Notes: generated by a model from the letters alone, not told the origin. Shown: positions 51,503-61,579, numbered from the stretch's first letter. The stretch: DNA of 62,639 bases from an uncultured Clostridia bacterium (GCA_947628555.1 CANRAI010000001.1:1-62639); one strand, 5' to 3'. Numbers and translations: made by a program.

Positions 51503-53160
51503 TTTTTGTCACCCCTTATTTTGTCTATTCTCTCCTGCGAGACGTCGAAAAAAGAGCAAAGATTTTCCTTAGTCACGCCCGCGTCCGTCACGCCCGATTC
51601 CGCGAAAATTACCGCGGTAAGGGCTTCCGCGTCCTTCGCCGCGTCCAGCCGCCCCTCTTCTTGGAGCTCCACATAGATTTTTTCGGAAGCCGACGCAAAG
51701 CGTTCGCCGTAATCGTCGTCTATGATTGAAAAATGCGCCACAAGCCTTGCGTATGCCCGCACGAAATATACTCTTCTTACCGCGCCTATATTCAGTCTGC
51801 GCATATTCACGCGCCTGTAAACGTTGCAGACCACCACGCCGAAAACGTTATCCTCGTTTCTCTCGCAAAGGGATGTCAAAAGGTCGATTTTTATTCTGTC
51901 CGAAACGGTCGGGTGAAGCAATAAATCGCGGATATAGTCGTCCATTTTCGCCTTTACCGCCGACTGGGCGGCTACTATCTGCAATTCCTCCGAATTGGCG
52001 GGCGTTGACTCGTCGAAGCACCATTTTATGGGTCCGGAAATGTTTAAATCGTCGGCAAGTTTTTCCGCCTGGCGTTTGGGCAGTTTGATATATGCGGCAA
52101 GCATTTTAAGCGACGACTGTTTTAAGGGCTGGGGCAGGGTATAAAAATAGCTTAATTCCTGCCATTTGCCCTCCTCGCGGAGGGTGCGCGCAACGCCGTA
52201 CCAATACTGCGCCGTAACCGCGTCCGGATATATGGTAAGAAGCTTGTCAAACGCCTCGAAAGACTCGTCGTATTTTTCGGAATTGAACGCCGATACGGCT
52301 TTGAAATACAGAATATTCAGATCGTACGCGTACTCGCTCTCCATTTTGCAGAAAAGGTCGTACGCAGCGGCGTGAAATTTGTTTTCGCAGCATACGGTTG
52401 CGATTTTATAGATATCGTCCGCATCGGAAATGTCGAGGGACAAAAGTTTTTCGGTGATTTTTTTGGCTTCTTCGGGCTTGCCGGCCTCCGTTTTCACCGC
52501 GGCGAGCGTAGTAAGCGCCTGAATGTTATCCGGACACTTTTCAAGGACGTAGTTACATTCCTGTTCCGCCTGCTCGTTCCTGTCCTGCACTATAAGGCAC
52601 ATTGCCATGTAGTTGCGCGCCGTTACCCATTTGGGATTTCCTTCCGCCACGCCCGAAAATTTTTTGTAAGCCTTGGCGTACTCGCCCTGTTTCATAAGCC
52701 CCACGCCCTCGGCAAGAACGTCGGACACGTCCGCGATTTCGGGCGGCCAGACGAACTTCAAAGGATTTTCGTCGGCAGACAGAAAGTCGCGCACAATCTG
52801 TTCGCGCGTGTCGGCGTCAACGTCGTCCGATTCAAGAAGCAACTTATTGTAATAATACGCCGAAAAATGGTCGTCGCCCAGATTCATATATCCGACCGCC
52901 AGCCCTTCGTAACATTCGGACAGTTCGGAGTAGCCGGCTATATCCATATACTTGAACCAGCTGTGGATACTGCGCTCGTACAGCCCCATATCGTCGAAGA
53001 TTTCGGCGTAAAGCATATAGCTGTCCTCGTCGTTGCCCGTGATTTCGGCGTTCTTGTTGAGCATTTTCAACGCGCCTATATAGTTGTGTTCATCGACCAT
53101 GTCCGCGGCTATGGAAATCAGCCTGTCGCCGCTTAAATCGATTTGTACCGTTTTTGACAT
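51499..53160 (-). CDS. tetratricopeptide repeat protein
   Basis: 553 aa. The N-terminal half contains multiple TPR-like 34-aa units (e.g. YMLYAEIFDDMGLYERSIHSWFKY, AKAYKKFSGVAEGNP). Confidence 0.6.
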   Translation of the reverse strand: MSKTVQIDLSGDRLISIAADMVDEHNYIGALKMLNKNAEITGNDEDSYMLYAEIFDDMGLYERSIHSWFKYMDIAGYSELSECYEGLAVGYMNLGDDHFSAYYYNKLLLESDDVDADTREQIVRDFLSADENPLKFVWPPEIADVSDVLAEGVGLMKQGEYAKAYKKFSGVAEGNPKWVTARNYMAMCLIVQDRNEQAEQECNYVLEKCPDNIQALTTLAAVKTEAGKPEEAKKITEKLLSLDISDADDIYKIATVCCENKFHAAAYDLFCKMESEYAYDLNILYFKAVSAFNSEKYDESFEAFDKLLTIYPDAVTAQYWYGVARTLREEGKWQELSYFYTLPQPLKQSSLKMLAAYIKLPKRQAEKLADDLNISGPIKWCFDESTPANSEELQIVAAQSAVKAKMDDYIRDLLLHPTVSDRIKIDLLTSLCERNEDNVFGVVVCNVYRRVNMRRLNIGAVRRVYFVRAYARLVAHFSIIDDDYGERFASASEKIYVELQEEGRLDAAKDAEALTAVIFAESGVTDAGVTKENLCSFFDVSQERIDKIRGDKN

Positions 53161-53162
53161 AT

Positions 53163-53996
53163 TTACTTAAAAAGTTTATCCACGTCCGTCTGCGTGAATA
53201 TGTAATCCTTATTGCAATAGTGGCAATGAACTTTTATTTCGCCCTGCTCCGACAGGATATTTTCAAGCTCGTTTTTGCCGAGCGGCAAAATTACTCCCTC
53301 GATTTTTTTGCGCGAACAGTTGCATTTATATTCGGGAAATGTAAGATATACCCCGCCGTTTTGGGTTTCTTGCGAAAAATATTCGCGCAATATTCCGTCC
53401 GCGCCCAATCTTCCGACTACGTCAGCCGCGTTCACGAACGACTGCATTCTCTGCTCCGCCCTGTCCATATTCTCTTCCGACGTTCCCGGCAGAAGCTGCA
53501 TGATGACGCCGCCCGCAGCCTCGCAAACTCCGTCCTTTATTTTTACGCCTATCGCCACGGCGGTGGGAATCTGTTCGCTTATGTGGAAATACTGCATAAG
53601 ATTTTCGGAAACGTCGTAAGTTTTCAGCTCGCACGCCCCCACGAACGGGCGGGAAAATCCGTCGTCTTTTATGACGGTAAGGGTGCCCCCTTTAAGCCCG
53701 CCGTTTCCGCCGTCGATATAGCCGCGTATATGCCCTTTAATATCCCCCGAAACGCTGACGGTCGCGCTGCCGTCGTTGGATTTAACGGTTAAAGAAATAG
53801 CCCCGCGCTCGCTTTTAAGGCAGCCCGCCATATAGGCCGCGGCAGTCAGCATGCCGCCCAGAATTTCCGCCGACGCGGCGTCCAGATTATGGATTTTTAT
53901 GGCTTTGTTAACGAGTTCCGTAGTTTCGAGTACGGAAAGGGATACCTGGTTGTCATATATAAGACATTTATAAAGTTTATTCATAGTTTTACGCAA
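53163..53996 (-). CDS. hslO: redox-regulated chaperone Hsp33
   Basis: 277 aa. The C-terminal zinc centre is C-x-C (CNCS) ... C-x-x-C (CHYC). Confidence 0.85.
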   Translation of the reverse strand: MRKTMNKLYKCLIYDNQVSLSVLETTELVNKAIKIHNLDAASAEILGGMLTAAAYMAGCLKSERGAISLTVKSNDGSATVSVSGDIKGHIRGYIDGGNGGLKGGTLTVIKDDGFSRPFVGACELKTYDVSENLMQYFHISEQIPTAVAIGVKIKDGVCEAAGGVIMQLLPGTSEENMDRAEQRMQSFVNAADVVGRLGADGILREYFSQETQNGGVYLTFPEYKCNCSRKKIEGVILPLGKNELENILSEQGEIKVHCHYCNKDYIFTQTDVDKLFK

Positions 53997-54706
53997 ATAA
54001 AATTTATTCTTTCTTCCTTGCCGCCGCCGAGATGCCCTTCCGTTCGTACGGTAAAGCCCGCGTCCTTTAATGCGCTTTCGATAAAATTTTCCGAATGGAC
54101 GTACTGCGTCTGCCTTTCGTCCGAGCGCGTGTAAGTTCCGTCTTTATTCAGGGTGAAAAGAGTAATATCCATCTCCACCCTGTCGCCCTTGAAATCGTTG
54201 CACCATATCACGGTTGCATTTTCCAAATCCTTTACGAACGTATTGCTGCCGACGATATTTTTCAGCTTATTTTCCGAACTTATATCGAATATAAACGCGC
54301 CGCCCTTTTTAAGATTTGCATATACGCCCTTGAAAGCCGAGGTTATTTTTTCGGGCGGAACGTAATTTACGCAGTCGTTCACGGCGACGACAAAGCCTGT
54401 CTTGCCGTTCAGTTTTAGTTTGGTTATATCGCCCCTTAAAAATTCCGTGCGGACGCCTTCCGCCGCGGCAAGCCTTACCGCCTCCGACAGCATTTGCGGC
54501 GAAACGTCCATTCCCTTAACGCAAAATCCCGCTTTGCACAGCGCGCGGGTGAAATAGCCGTTGCCGCAACCCATGTCTATACCGTCCCGATACGCCGTAG
54601 CTTCTTTAAGCTTTTTAATTAAATACTGCGACCATTGTAAATAGCCGCAGTCGGAATTCAGATATTCGAAAATCCCGCCTATTGCGGAATAGCTTTCGGC
54701 GCTCAT
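53981..54706 (-). CDS. class I SAM-dependent methyltransferase
   Basis: 241 aa with motif I DMGCGNGYFT. It overlaps both neighbouring genes. Confidence 0.75.
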   Translation of the reverse strand: MSAESYSAIGGIFEYLNSDCGYLQWSQYLIKKLKEATAYRDGIDMGCGNGYFTRALCKAGFCVKGMDVSPQMLSEAVRLAAAEGVRTEFLRGDITKLKLNGKTGFVVAVNDCVNYVPPEKITSAFKGVYANLKKGGAFIFDISSENKLKNIVGSNTFVKDLENATVIWCNDFKGDRVEMDITLFTLNKDGTYTRSDERQTQYVHSENFIESALKDAGFTVRTEGHLGGGKEERINFICVKL

Positions 54707-55965
54707 CTTAAAAGGTTGTCCGCGCTTATTTTCTTGTTTTTACTCTTTTTGCCCTTGTTGCCTTCGGGATTCAACGCCTTTTCGCGTTCGGCGAACATCT
54801 TGTTGTATTCGGCATACACAGGGTCGTTTTCGTGCGCCTTTTCGTAGGCGAGGACTTCGCCGTTCAGTTTTTCACGGTTGGCGGCAGCGGCGGCAACCCC
54901 CGCGCGAGTAAAAGTTTTGCCGAGGCAGGGTACTGCCTCTTCCTTGCCTATCGGCATTATGGGGCGGGCGATAAGTTCGCTTTTGCCCGCGGCGAGAAGT
55001 TGTAAAGCAAGCGTTTTTTCCTCATCCGCCTTTTCCGCGGCGAGCTCCTTTTCGGACTTCTGCACCTTTGCCGCTTCCTTTTCGGATTTTATTGCGGGAG
55101 CGATGTACAAATCGAAAGCCCATTGAGAAAAAGCCAACCAGCATATGAGTATGAACGAAAAGCCGAAAAACGCGAACAACGCGTAGATTATGAATTTAAA
55201 CACGCCGTTGAAAATCAAAACAAGCCAAACGGGTATCAGCGCGAAGCCCGCCATAAACACCGTCTGTATGGGCGTGCCTATCAAAAGCACGAAGGCGTTG
55301 CGGAACAGATATTTAAGTTTCACGCGGTAACTTACGCCCACCGAGAAAACCCATGCGAGATAAAGTCCGGCGAGCACGGTGGCGATTATCGCGAACACGT
55401 ACGCCGTCGTCGCGCCGGCAGTATTTCCGCCGACAGCGTAAGCGTAGTGCATCCAGTCGCCGACAACAAAAGTCATGTAAAGGAATAAAATGAATATTGT
55501 AACGGGCAGAAGGGTATGGAAGTATCCCACCTTCACGCCGTGGAAGAAACCTTTGACCGTAAATTCACCGTGCGTCTGCAACAGTTTTCTTATACAGTAA
55601 GCCGCGCCCGAAATTCCGACGGAGGCAATAAGACCTGCGGCGATAAGCAGGGCGTAAAAGCGCATATCTGCAAAGACGTAAACGCCTTCGGCCAGCCCCG
55701 GAAGCATTTCATGGGGATAAAAAGGATAGCCTATGCTGAAATTGAAAGGATATATCCCGCCCATTCCGAGTACGTACGCGTTGCGGAAAACCACCACCGC
55801 AATGCCCGGGGCAAAGGTTACAAGGACAATTAAATTCAACATTACCAGCTTCCAGAAGTTGCCCTTGAATACCTCCCACGTATCTCTCCACCGGCCGGCC
55901 GCCGAGCCCTTTCTTATAAAATCGTCGGCAATCTCGTTGCCCTGCATTCCGTTAAGTTCCGCCAT
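54703..55965 (-). CDS. YesL/DUF624-like membrane protein with a coiled-coil/basic C-terminal extension
   Basis: The N-terminal region (FKGNFWKLVMLNLIVLVTFAPGIAV) is typical of YesL-family proteins. It has 6 or more TM helices and then about 120 aa of hydrophilic tail. The ATG at 55965 has an AGGGA SD and is preferred over the start at 56007. Confidence 0.55.
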   Translation of the reverse strand: MAELNGMQGNEIADDFIRKGSAAGRWRDTWEVFKGNFWKLVMLNLIVLVTFAPGIAVVVFRNAYVLGMGGIYPFNFSIGYPFYPHEMLPGLAEGVYVFADMRFYALLIAAGLIASVGISGAAYCIRKLLQTHGEFTVKGFFHGVKVGYFHTLLPVTIFILFLYMTFVVGDWMHYAYAVGGNTAGATTAYVFAIIATVLAGLYLAWVFSVGVSYRVKLKYLFRNAFVLLIGTPIQTVFMAGFALIPVWLVLIFNGVFKFIIYALFAFFGFSFILICWLAFSQWAFDLYIAPAIKSEKEAAKVQKSEKELAAEKADEEKTLALQLLAAGKSELIARPIMPIGKEEAVPCLGKTFTRAGVAAAAANREKLNGEVLAYEKAHENDPVYAEYNKMFAEREKALNPEGNKGKKSKNKKISADNLLR

Positions 55966-56195
55966 AAAAATTCCCTGAAAAAATTTTTTACTTTTCAATA
56001 ATATCATATCGCGGGAATTATTTCAATAATTTTGCGGCGAAAGCTCAAAAAAATTTACGACGACAGCCGTAATAACTTTACTTTCGGACTTGGTTATGCT
56101 ATTATTTAAATGCATTTAGAAGAGCGCAAGGGTTGCTTCCTGCGACTGTTACTTTTGTGTCGCTATTTGCCGAATTTTGCAAAAAGATATTTTCG

Positions 56196-56219
56196 GACAG
56201 CGAATGGGCTGTCTTTTTT
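56196..56219 (+). terminator. leader terminator (attenuator) upstream of asd
   Basis: 6-bp stem GACAGC / GCTGTC with a 6-nt loop followed by TTTTTT. It lies 48 nt upstream of the asd ATG. An alternative pairing TCGCT (56160-56164) / AGCGA (56199-56203) competes with the terminator 5' arm. Confidence 0.45.
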
Positions 56220-56266
56220 GATATAAATCCATGGAAGCCGCAAAGTTTCGCGGCGAAGGAGCAGTT

Positions 56267-57343
56267 ATGAAAAAGTATAAAGTGGGTATTCTCGGCGCTA
56301 CGGGCATGGTCGGGCAGAAATTTACAAACATTCTGGAAAACCACCCGTTTTTCGAGGTGACATGCCTTGCCGCGTCGGGCGCTTCCGCGGGCAAAAAATA
56401 CGGCGACGCGGTCAAAGCCCGCCGGAACTATGAACCCGTGCCCGCTAAATTCGCCGATATGCCCGTCTATAACGCTGTGGCAGATTTGGAAAAAATAGCC
56501 GCCATGACGGATTTCTGCTTCTGCGCCGTGGATATGCCGAAAGACGAAGCCGCCGCGCTTGAAGAAGCCTATGCAAGGGCGGAATGTCCCATAGTTTCCA
56601 ACAACGCGGCTCACCGCGCCACCCCCGACGTGCCCATGATAATTCCCGAAGTAAACCCTGAGCACATTGAAATTATTCCCGCGCAGAAGAAACGCCTTGG
56701 CACAAAGCGCGGTTTTATCGCCACGAAATCCAACTGTTCGTTGCAATCCTACGTCACGCTTTTGCACCCTTTGAATAAATTCGGTATAAAAAACGCGGCT
56801 GTATGCACCTATCAGGCTATATCCGGCGCGGGCAAAACATTCGAAACCATGCCGGAAATCGTGGATAACGTAATACCCTATATTGGCGGCGAAGAGGAAA
56901 AAAGCGAAATAGAGCCCCTTAAAGTTTGGGGAAAGATAGAAGGCGGCAAAATAGTCCCCGCCTCCTCTCCCGTAATCACGGCTCAATGCGTGCGCGTGCC
57001 CGTCACCGACGGCCACACAGCCGCAGTATTCGTAAATTTCGAAAATAAGCCGACGGCAGAAGAAATAATTTCGGTTTGGAAGAATTTCAAAAGCGAGCCG
57101 CAGCTTTTGGGTCTGCCCTCAGCGCCCAAACAGTATATACATTACTTCGAAGAGGAAAACCGCCCCCAGCCCAGACTTGACAGAAATCTCGAAAACGGGC
57201 TTGCGGTGTGCGCAGGCAGGCTGCGCGCCGACAGACTGTTCGACTATAAATTCATAGGGCTTTCGCACAATACCCTGCGCGGGGCGGCGGGCGGCGCGAT
57301 ACTCCTTGCCGAATTGCTTGCCGTAAAAGGCTATTTCGGCTGA
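56267..57343 (+). CDS. asd: aspartate-semialdehyde dehydrogenase
   Basis: The N-terminus is MKKYKVGILGATGMVGQKF and the active-site Cys context is SNCS. A GAAGGAG SD lies upstream of the ATG at 56267. Confidence 0.92.
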   Translation: MKKYKVGILGATGMVGQKFTNILENHPFFEVTCLAASGASAGKKYGDAVKARRNYEPVPAKFADMPVYNAVADLEKIAAMTDFCFCAVDMPKDEAAALEEAYARAECPIVSNNAAHRATPDVPMIIPEVNPEHIEIIPAQKKRLGTKRGFIATKSNCSLQSYVTLLHPLNKFGIKNAAVCTYQAISGAGKTFETMPEIVDNVIPYIGGEEEKSEIEPLKVWGKIEGGKIVPASSPVITAQCVRVPVTDGHTAAVFVNFENKPTAEEIISVWKNFKSEPQLLGLPSAPKQYIHYFEEENRPQPRLDRNLENGLAVCAGRLRADRLFDYKFIGLSHNTLRGAAGGAILLAELLAVKGYFG

Positions 57344-57438
57344 TTTAAGATAATTTCCTCCCCTTCCGTGCTCCCCGTGGCGTGTCTCCGGCATATATTG
57401 TAAGTAACGATACAATGCGCACACGCGGCGAGGAGCTT

Positions 57439-58329
57439 ATGACAGGATTTTGCAGCGGAATTATAACAGCTTTGGCAACTCCGTTTAAAAACGGCGGCGT
57501 AAACACGTACGAGCTTGCAAAAATGATAGAATATCAAGTAGAAGGCGGCGCGGACGGGATAGTAATTCTCGGAACTACGGGCGAGGCTTCCACCATGACC
57601 GAAGAGGAAAAGGCAGAAGTCATAGCCACGGCGGTCGGGAATTTCAAAAATAAAATAAAAATCATCGTAGGCACGGGCTGTAACGACACGCGCAGGGCGG
57701 TCTGCGCAAGCGTAAAGGCCGAAGCTTTGGGGGCGGACGGCGTAATTGCCGTGACGCCCTATTATAACAAATGCACTCAGCGCGGTATTTACGAATACTA
57801 TAAGGCAATATGCGGGGCGGTTTCTGTGCCCGTAATAGCCTACAACGTGCCCGCGCGCACCGCCGTAAACATCCTTCCCGAAACGGCGGAACGGCTTGCG
57901 GATATACCAAATCTCGCGGGAATAAAGGAAGCGAGCGGCGACATGCCGCAAGCGGTAGAAACAATGCGCAGAATCCGCGGGAAAACGGATATGTTTTCGG
58001 GCGAAGACTGCTTAAATCTGCCCATACTTTCCATAGGCGGCGCGGGATTGATTTCGGTCGTTTCCAACGTCGCGCCGTCGCTTTCGAAAAGAATTTTCAC
58101 GCTTGTAAAAGAGAACAGGCTGGAAGAAGCCAACGAGGCGCAGGATTTTCTGTTGCCGTTGATTTCCGCGCTGTTTTCTGAGGTAAACCCCATTCCCGTA
58201 AAAGCCGCCTACAATATGATAGGTTTCGACGTCGGGCTGCCGCGCCCGCCCCTTACAGAGCTTACGGATATGAACAAGGCGATTTTAAGAAAACAGCTTC
58301 AAAAGGCGGGGCTGGCATGCGTATGCTGA
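57439..58329 (+). CDS. dapA: 4-hydroxy-tetrahydrodipicolinate synthase
   Basis: Motifs TALATPF and GTTGE are present, and the Schiff-base Lys context is GIKEASG. The start is placed at the ATG at 57439, after a GAGGAG SD. Confidence 0.9.
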   Translation: MTGFCSGIITALATPFKNGGVNTYELAKMIEYQVEGGADGIVILGTTGEASTMTEEEKAEVIATAVGNFKNKIKIIVGTGCNDTRRAVCASVKAEALGADGVIAVTPYYNKCTQRGIYEYYKAICGAVSVPVIAYNVPARTAVNILPETAERLADIPNLAGIKEASGDMPQAVETMRRIRGKTDMFSGEDCLNLPILSIGGAGLISVVSNVAPSLSKRIFTLVKENRLEEANEAQDFLLPLISALFSEVNPIPVKAAYNMIGFDVGLPRPPLTELTDMNKAILRKQLQKAGLACVC

Positions 58330-59075
58330 ATGTTTTGGTCTGCGGGGTCTGCGGCAAAATGGGCGTGACCGTCTGCGATATTTTGCGCGAAAGCAAAAAA
58401 ATGCGAGTTGTCTGCGGCGTGGACAAACGGCAAAAAATTCTGCCCTTCCTCGTTTACTCCGATTTTTCCGAGGTAAAAGAGGACATAGACGTCGTCATAG
58501 ACTTTTCCTCTCCCGCCGTCTTAAAAGAAGAGCTGGAATGGGCGATAACGAAAGACATACCCGTAGTTCTCGCCTCGACGGGTTACTCGGCGGAAGATTC
58601 GGGCTACATCCAAAGACGCTCCGAGAAAATCGCGATTTTCAGAACGGCGAATTTTTCGCTTGGAATAAATCTGCTTTTAAAACTCGCGCGGGAAGCGTCC
58701 CAAAAGTTGGGCGACAGCTTTGACGCAGAAATAGTCGAAAAGCACCACCGCATGAAAACGGACGCCCCGTCAGGCACTGCGCTTATGCTTGCGGATTGCA
58801 TAAAAGAGGCTTGCGGGGGAGCGAAAAAATACGTATTTGGGCGTGATGGCCAAACGGGCGCGCGCGGGAATGAAATCGGAGTTCATTCCGTGCGCGGCGG
58901 CACGATAGTCGGCGAACATGAAGTAATTTTTGCGGGCGAGGACGAAATAATCACCTTATCCCACTGCGCTCTCAGCAAAAAAATTTTCGCCGACGGCGCG
59001 GTGAAAGCCGCCGAATGGATTATAGGCAAACCGTCGGGGCTTTACGGAATGGACGATTTAACCGAAAGTTTATGA
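58317..59075 (+). CDS. dapB: 4-hydroxy-tetrahydrodipicolinate reductase
   Basis: 252 aa with the DapB signature EKHHRMKTDAPSGTA. It overlaps the dapA 3' end. Confidence 0.9.
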   Translation: MRMLNVLVCGVCGKMGVTVCDILRESKKMRVVCGVDKRQKILPFLVYSDFSEVKEDIDVVIDFSSPAVLKEELEWAITKDIPVVLASTGYSAEDSGYIQRRSEKIAIFRTANFSLGINLLLKLAREASQKLGDSFDAEIVEKHHRMKTDAPSGTALMLADCIKEACGGAKKYVFGRDGQTGARGNEIGVHSVRGGTIVGEHEVIFAGEDEIITLSHCALSKKIFADGAVKAAEWIIGKPSGLYGMDDLTESL

Positions 59076-59113
59076 CCTTCGTAAAACAACTGGAAATCTA
59101 CAATAAACTAACC

Positions 59114-59142
59114 CAAACGGCGGCAATCCCTGCCGCCGTTTG
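59114..59142. terminator. bidirectional terminator between convergent dapB and helD
   Basis: 12-bp stem CAAACGGCGGCA / TGCCGCCGTTTG with T-rich sequence downstream. Confidence 0.7.
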
Positions 59143-59206
59143 AGTTTAATTTCATTTTATAATTCGCGCCGTCAAATATTCTTCCGCTTCCCGTAAATCT
59201 TTCCTT

Positions 59207-61579
59207 TCACTTCACAATAGCAAGCTCGTTAAGTGCGCGGGTATAAGCGATATATTTTTCGTTGGGCGACAAGTCCTCGTCGGCAACGACCACGGCCGTA
59301 AATTCAAGCCCTTTGCTTTGGTAAACCGTCATAAGGTTTATCTTTGTTTTGGAGATTTTGCCCGTTACGGCGGGAAGATTATAGGTCTTTCTGAAAAATT
59401 TTTCAAGATTTTTTTCCGAACAGATGACCGCTTTCAAGCCGTTCTTCCCCGACAGAAAGCCGTTCACCGACCGCTTATCAATCCTCGTCACCTCGCTGCC
59501 GTTCAGACCTATGGACTTCATCGCTATGTCAAGATTTTGCGATACGTACTCGACAATCTGGTTGGTATTGCGGTAATTCAGGCTTAAAGAATAGGTCGTA
59601 AGCCCCAATTCCGCCCAATCCTTTATGCCGCGGTATGAAGTTATATTCTGCTTCAAATCGCCGAAAATATTGAAAACCGCCCTGTCGTTTACCGAACGCA
59701 GCACCGAGTATTCGGCGTTGGATATATCCTGCGCCTCATCTACAAACAGGAATGAAAATTTGGGAGAAAGATTAAAGCCGAGCTTCGTCAATAAAAGGCA
59801 GAGAGAAAACGGGTCGCATTTTATTAAAGGCTTTGCGGATAAGTTAAAGCGCGCCTTGAATTTTTTTATGGTTTCGCGGTAGAAAAAACGCAATATATCC
59901 GCGGTACTTTCGCACTTTCCTATCGAAACAAGGAAGTCCTCGCCCCGAATGACGTCGGCAAATTCGTATAAGTCTGCGAACTCGTTTTTTATTTCCTCCA
60001 CCGCCCCCTTTATGCTTTCGATTTCCGAAAGAAGCCGTTCCCTTTTTTCTATGCCCGCGGCGTAAGTTAAGACTTCTTCGTTACCGAGTTTCATTTTATA
60101 GCGTTTCAAATCGGATATTTCGCGTTCGACCGCAATTTTCAAGGCGTCCAAATCGTCGAGCGCGGTAAGACAGATTTTATAAGAATAACGCCTTAAATAT
60201 TTTATGGACTTATAAAAGGACAAAAGCTGTTTGTAGAAAAAGGAATAGTCCTTCATACGGGCGTCCTCTTTTATAAGCCGCAAAAATTCCTCCGCGTCCT
60301 GCACGCAGTTGAACATATATCTGAATTGTTTTGTATAATAAAGCCCGCCGTCGGGCTTTTCCTTTATTTCGCCGAGTACGCAGCGCCTTACGCGTACGCC
60401 CGCGTTTTTGATTTTTTCATACCACTTCCGCTGAACGCCGCAGGCAAAAAGAACGCCCTTTATCACTTCGGATACATCTTCCGAAGCGAACATTCCGTAA
60501 ATCCCGTCGTAGATTTTATTAAGCCTTTTTTCTACGTCCTTTACAAATTCTTCCGAATATATATATTGCAGATACTCTGCGGGAACGGGCGCGGAAAAAT
60601 CGACTTTTTGTTCTATATCCACCCCCGCGCTTTTAAGCGTAAGAATAAAATATTTGTCCAAGGTGCTCGTTCTGACCTTTTCGAGTTCCAGCACGGTGGA
60701 GAGTTCGTCAATGAACGCGTTGAAAGAATCTGACGGCGTAATCACCAGCACGTCGGAATGTCTTATGGCGTCGTTGTTGTACATGATATAGGACAGTCTG
60801 TGCAGCAATACCATGGTTTTGCCGCTGCCCGCCACGCCTTGCAGGACAAATTCGGCTTTTTCGGGAAGAGTGATGATTTCGTACTGCTTTTCCTGAATAG
60901 TTTCGATTATGTCCGTTATTTCCTGCTTTTCCTTGCGGTTTTTTAAAATTTCCTTTAAATACGGGTCGAAGATAAGCGCTTCATCCCTGCCGCCTATCTC
61001 TTCCTTTGAAAGATAATCCGAAAGGTTCAGGTATTCGTTTTTAAAGTCGAGGACTTTGCCGTTCTGCGTGCGGATTGCGCGGCGGAGAATAAGTTTGTAA
61101 TCGTAATCGTTTATCGAAAAAGAAGTGCGGCTTTTCTGATAATATTTCTGCGCGAGGGGGGCGCGCCAATCCACTATTTCCAGCCCCGCGTCGCCGTGCT
61201 TGCCGATATAATAGGAATTGTATCCCTCTTTTTCATCGACAAGGTCCATGCGCGCGAAATACGGCTCTGAAAAGAACGGTTTGTAAGAATCCCTCTTCTG
61301 CTTCAAACGGGCAATCTCCGCGTTCAGTTCAAGCACGCGGCGGTATGCCTCTGCGTTATAGTCGGGCGAAGCCGAAAGGTCGGATTTTTCTTGACGCGCT
61401 ACGTTTATGCGTTTTTTGATTTTTAAAAGATAAAGCGCTTTCAGCGTAAGCATTACGGCTCGCACGCGCGCCGCTTCATATTCCCGCTGGACGTTTTCGT
61501 CGAGGAGGTTCAAAAAAAACTGCCTGTCAGGCTCTTTTTTCGGATTTATCAGGTTTTTCAAAACAGAATATTCCGACAT
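59207..61579 (-). CDS. helD: RNA polymerase recycling motor ATPase HelD (UvrD-like helicase IV)
   Basis: 790 aa. An N-terminal coiled coil is followed by PYFARMDL...YYIGKHG...IVDWRAPLAQKYY, the HelD hallmark. It also has Walker A GVAGSGKT, FVDEAQD and a C-terminal UvrD_C-like motif. Confidence 0.8.
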   Translation of the reverse strand: MSEYSVLKNLINPKKEPDRQFFLNLLDENVQREYEAARVRAVMLTLKALYLLKIKKRINVARQEKSDLSASPDYNAEAYRRVLELNAEIARLKQKRDSYKPFFSEPYFARMDLVDEKEGYNSYYIGKHGDAGLEIVDWRAPLAQKYYQKSRTSFSINDYDYKLILRRAIRTQNGKVLDFKNEYLNLSDYLSKEEIGGRDEALIFDPYLKEILKNRKEKQEITDIIETIQEKQYEIITLPEKAEFVLQGVAGSGKTMVLLHRLSYIMYNNDAIRHSDVLVITPSDSFNAFIDELSTVLELEKVRTSTLDKYFILTLKSAGVDIEQKVDFSAPVPAEYLQYIYSEEFVKDVEKRLNKIYDGIYGMFASEDVSEVIKGVLFACGVQRKWYEKIKNAGVRVRRCVLGEIKEKPDGGLYYTKQFRYMFNCVQDAEEFLRLIKEDARMKDYSFFYKQLLSFYKSIKYLRRYSYKICLTALDDLDALKIAVEREISDLKRYKMKLGNEEVLTYAAGIEKRERLLSEIESIKGAVEEIKNEFADLYEFADVIRGEDFLVSIGKCESTADILRFFYRETIKKFKARFNLSAKPLIKCDPFSLCLLLTKLGFNLSPKFSFLFVDEAQDISNAEYSVLRSVNDRAVFNIFGDLKQNITSYRGIKDWAELGLTTYSLSLNYRNTNQIVEYVSQNLDIAMKSIGLNGSEVTRIDKRSVNGFLSGKNGLKAVICSEKNLEKFFRKTYNLPAVTGKISKTKINLMTVYQSKGLEFTAVVVADEDLSPNEKYIAYTRALNELAIVK

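Noticed and set aside
56100-56220. A full-length lysine (L-box) riboswitch upstream of asd.
   Set aside because: Only fragmentary string similarity is present, and the element is roughly 60 nt shorter than L-box aptamers. It is reported only as a generic terminator/antiterminator leader.
56102-57016. A 304-aa minus-strand ORF opposite asd, and similar ORFs at 57331-57951 opposite dapA.
   Set aside because: These are antisense shadows of well-supported asd and dapA genes. Their composition is low-complexity and rich in G/R/F/H, and they have no start context.
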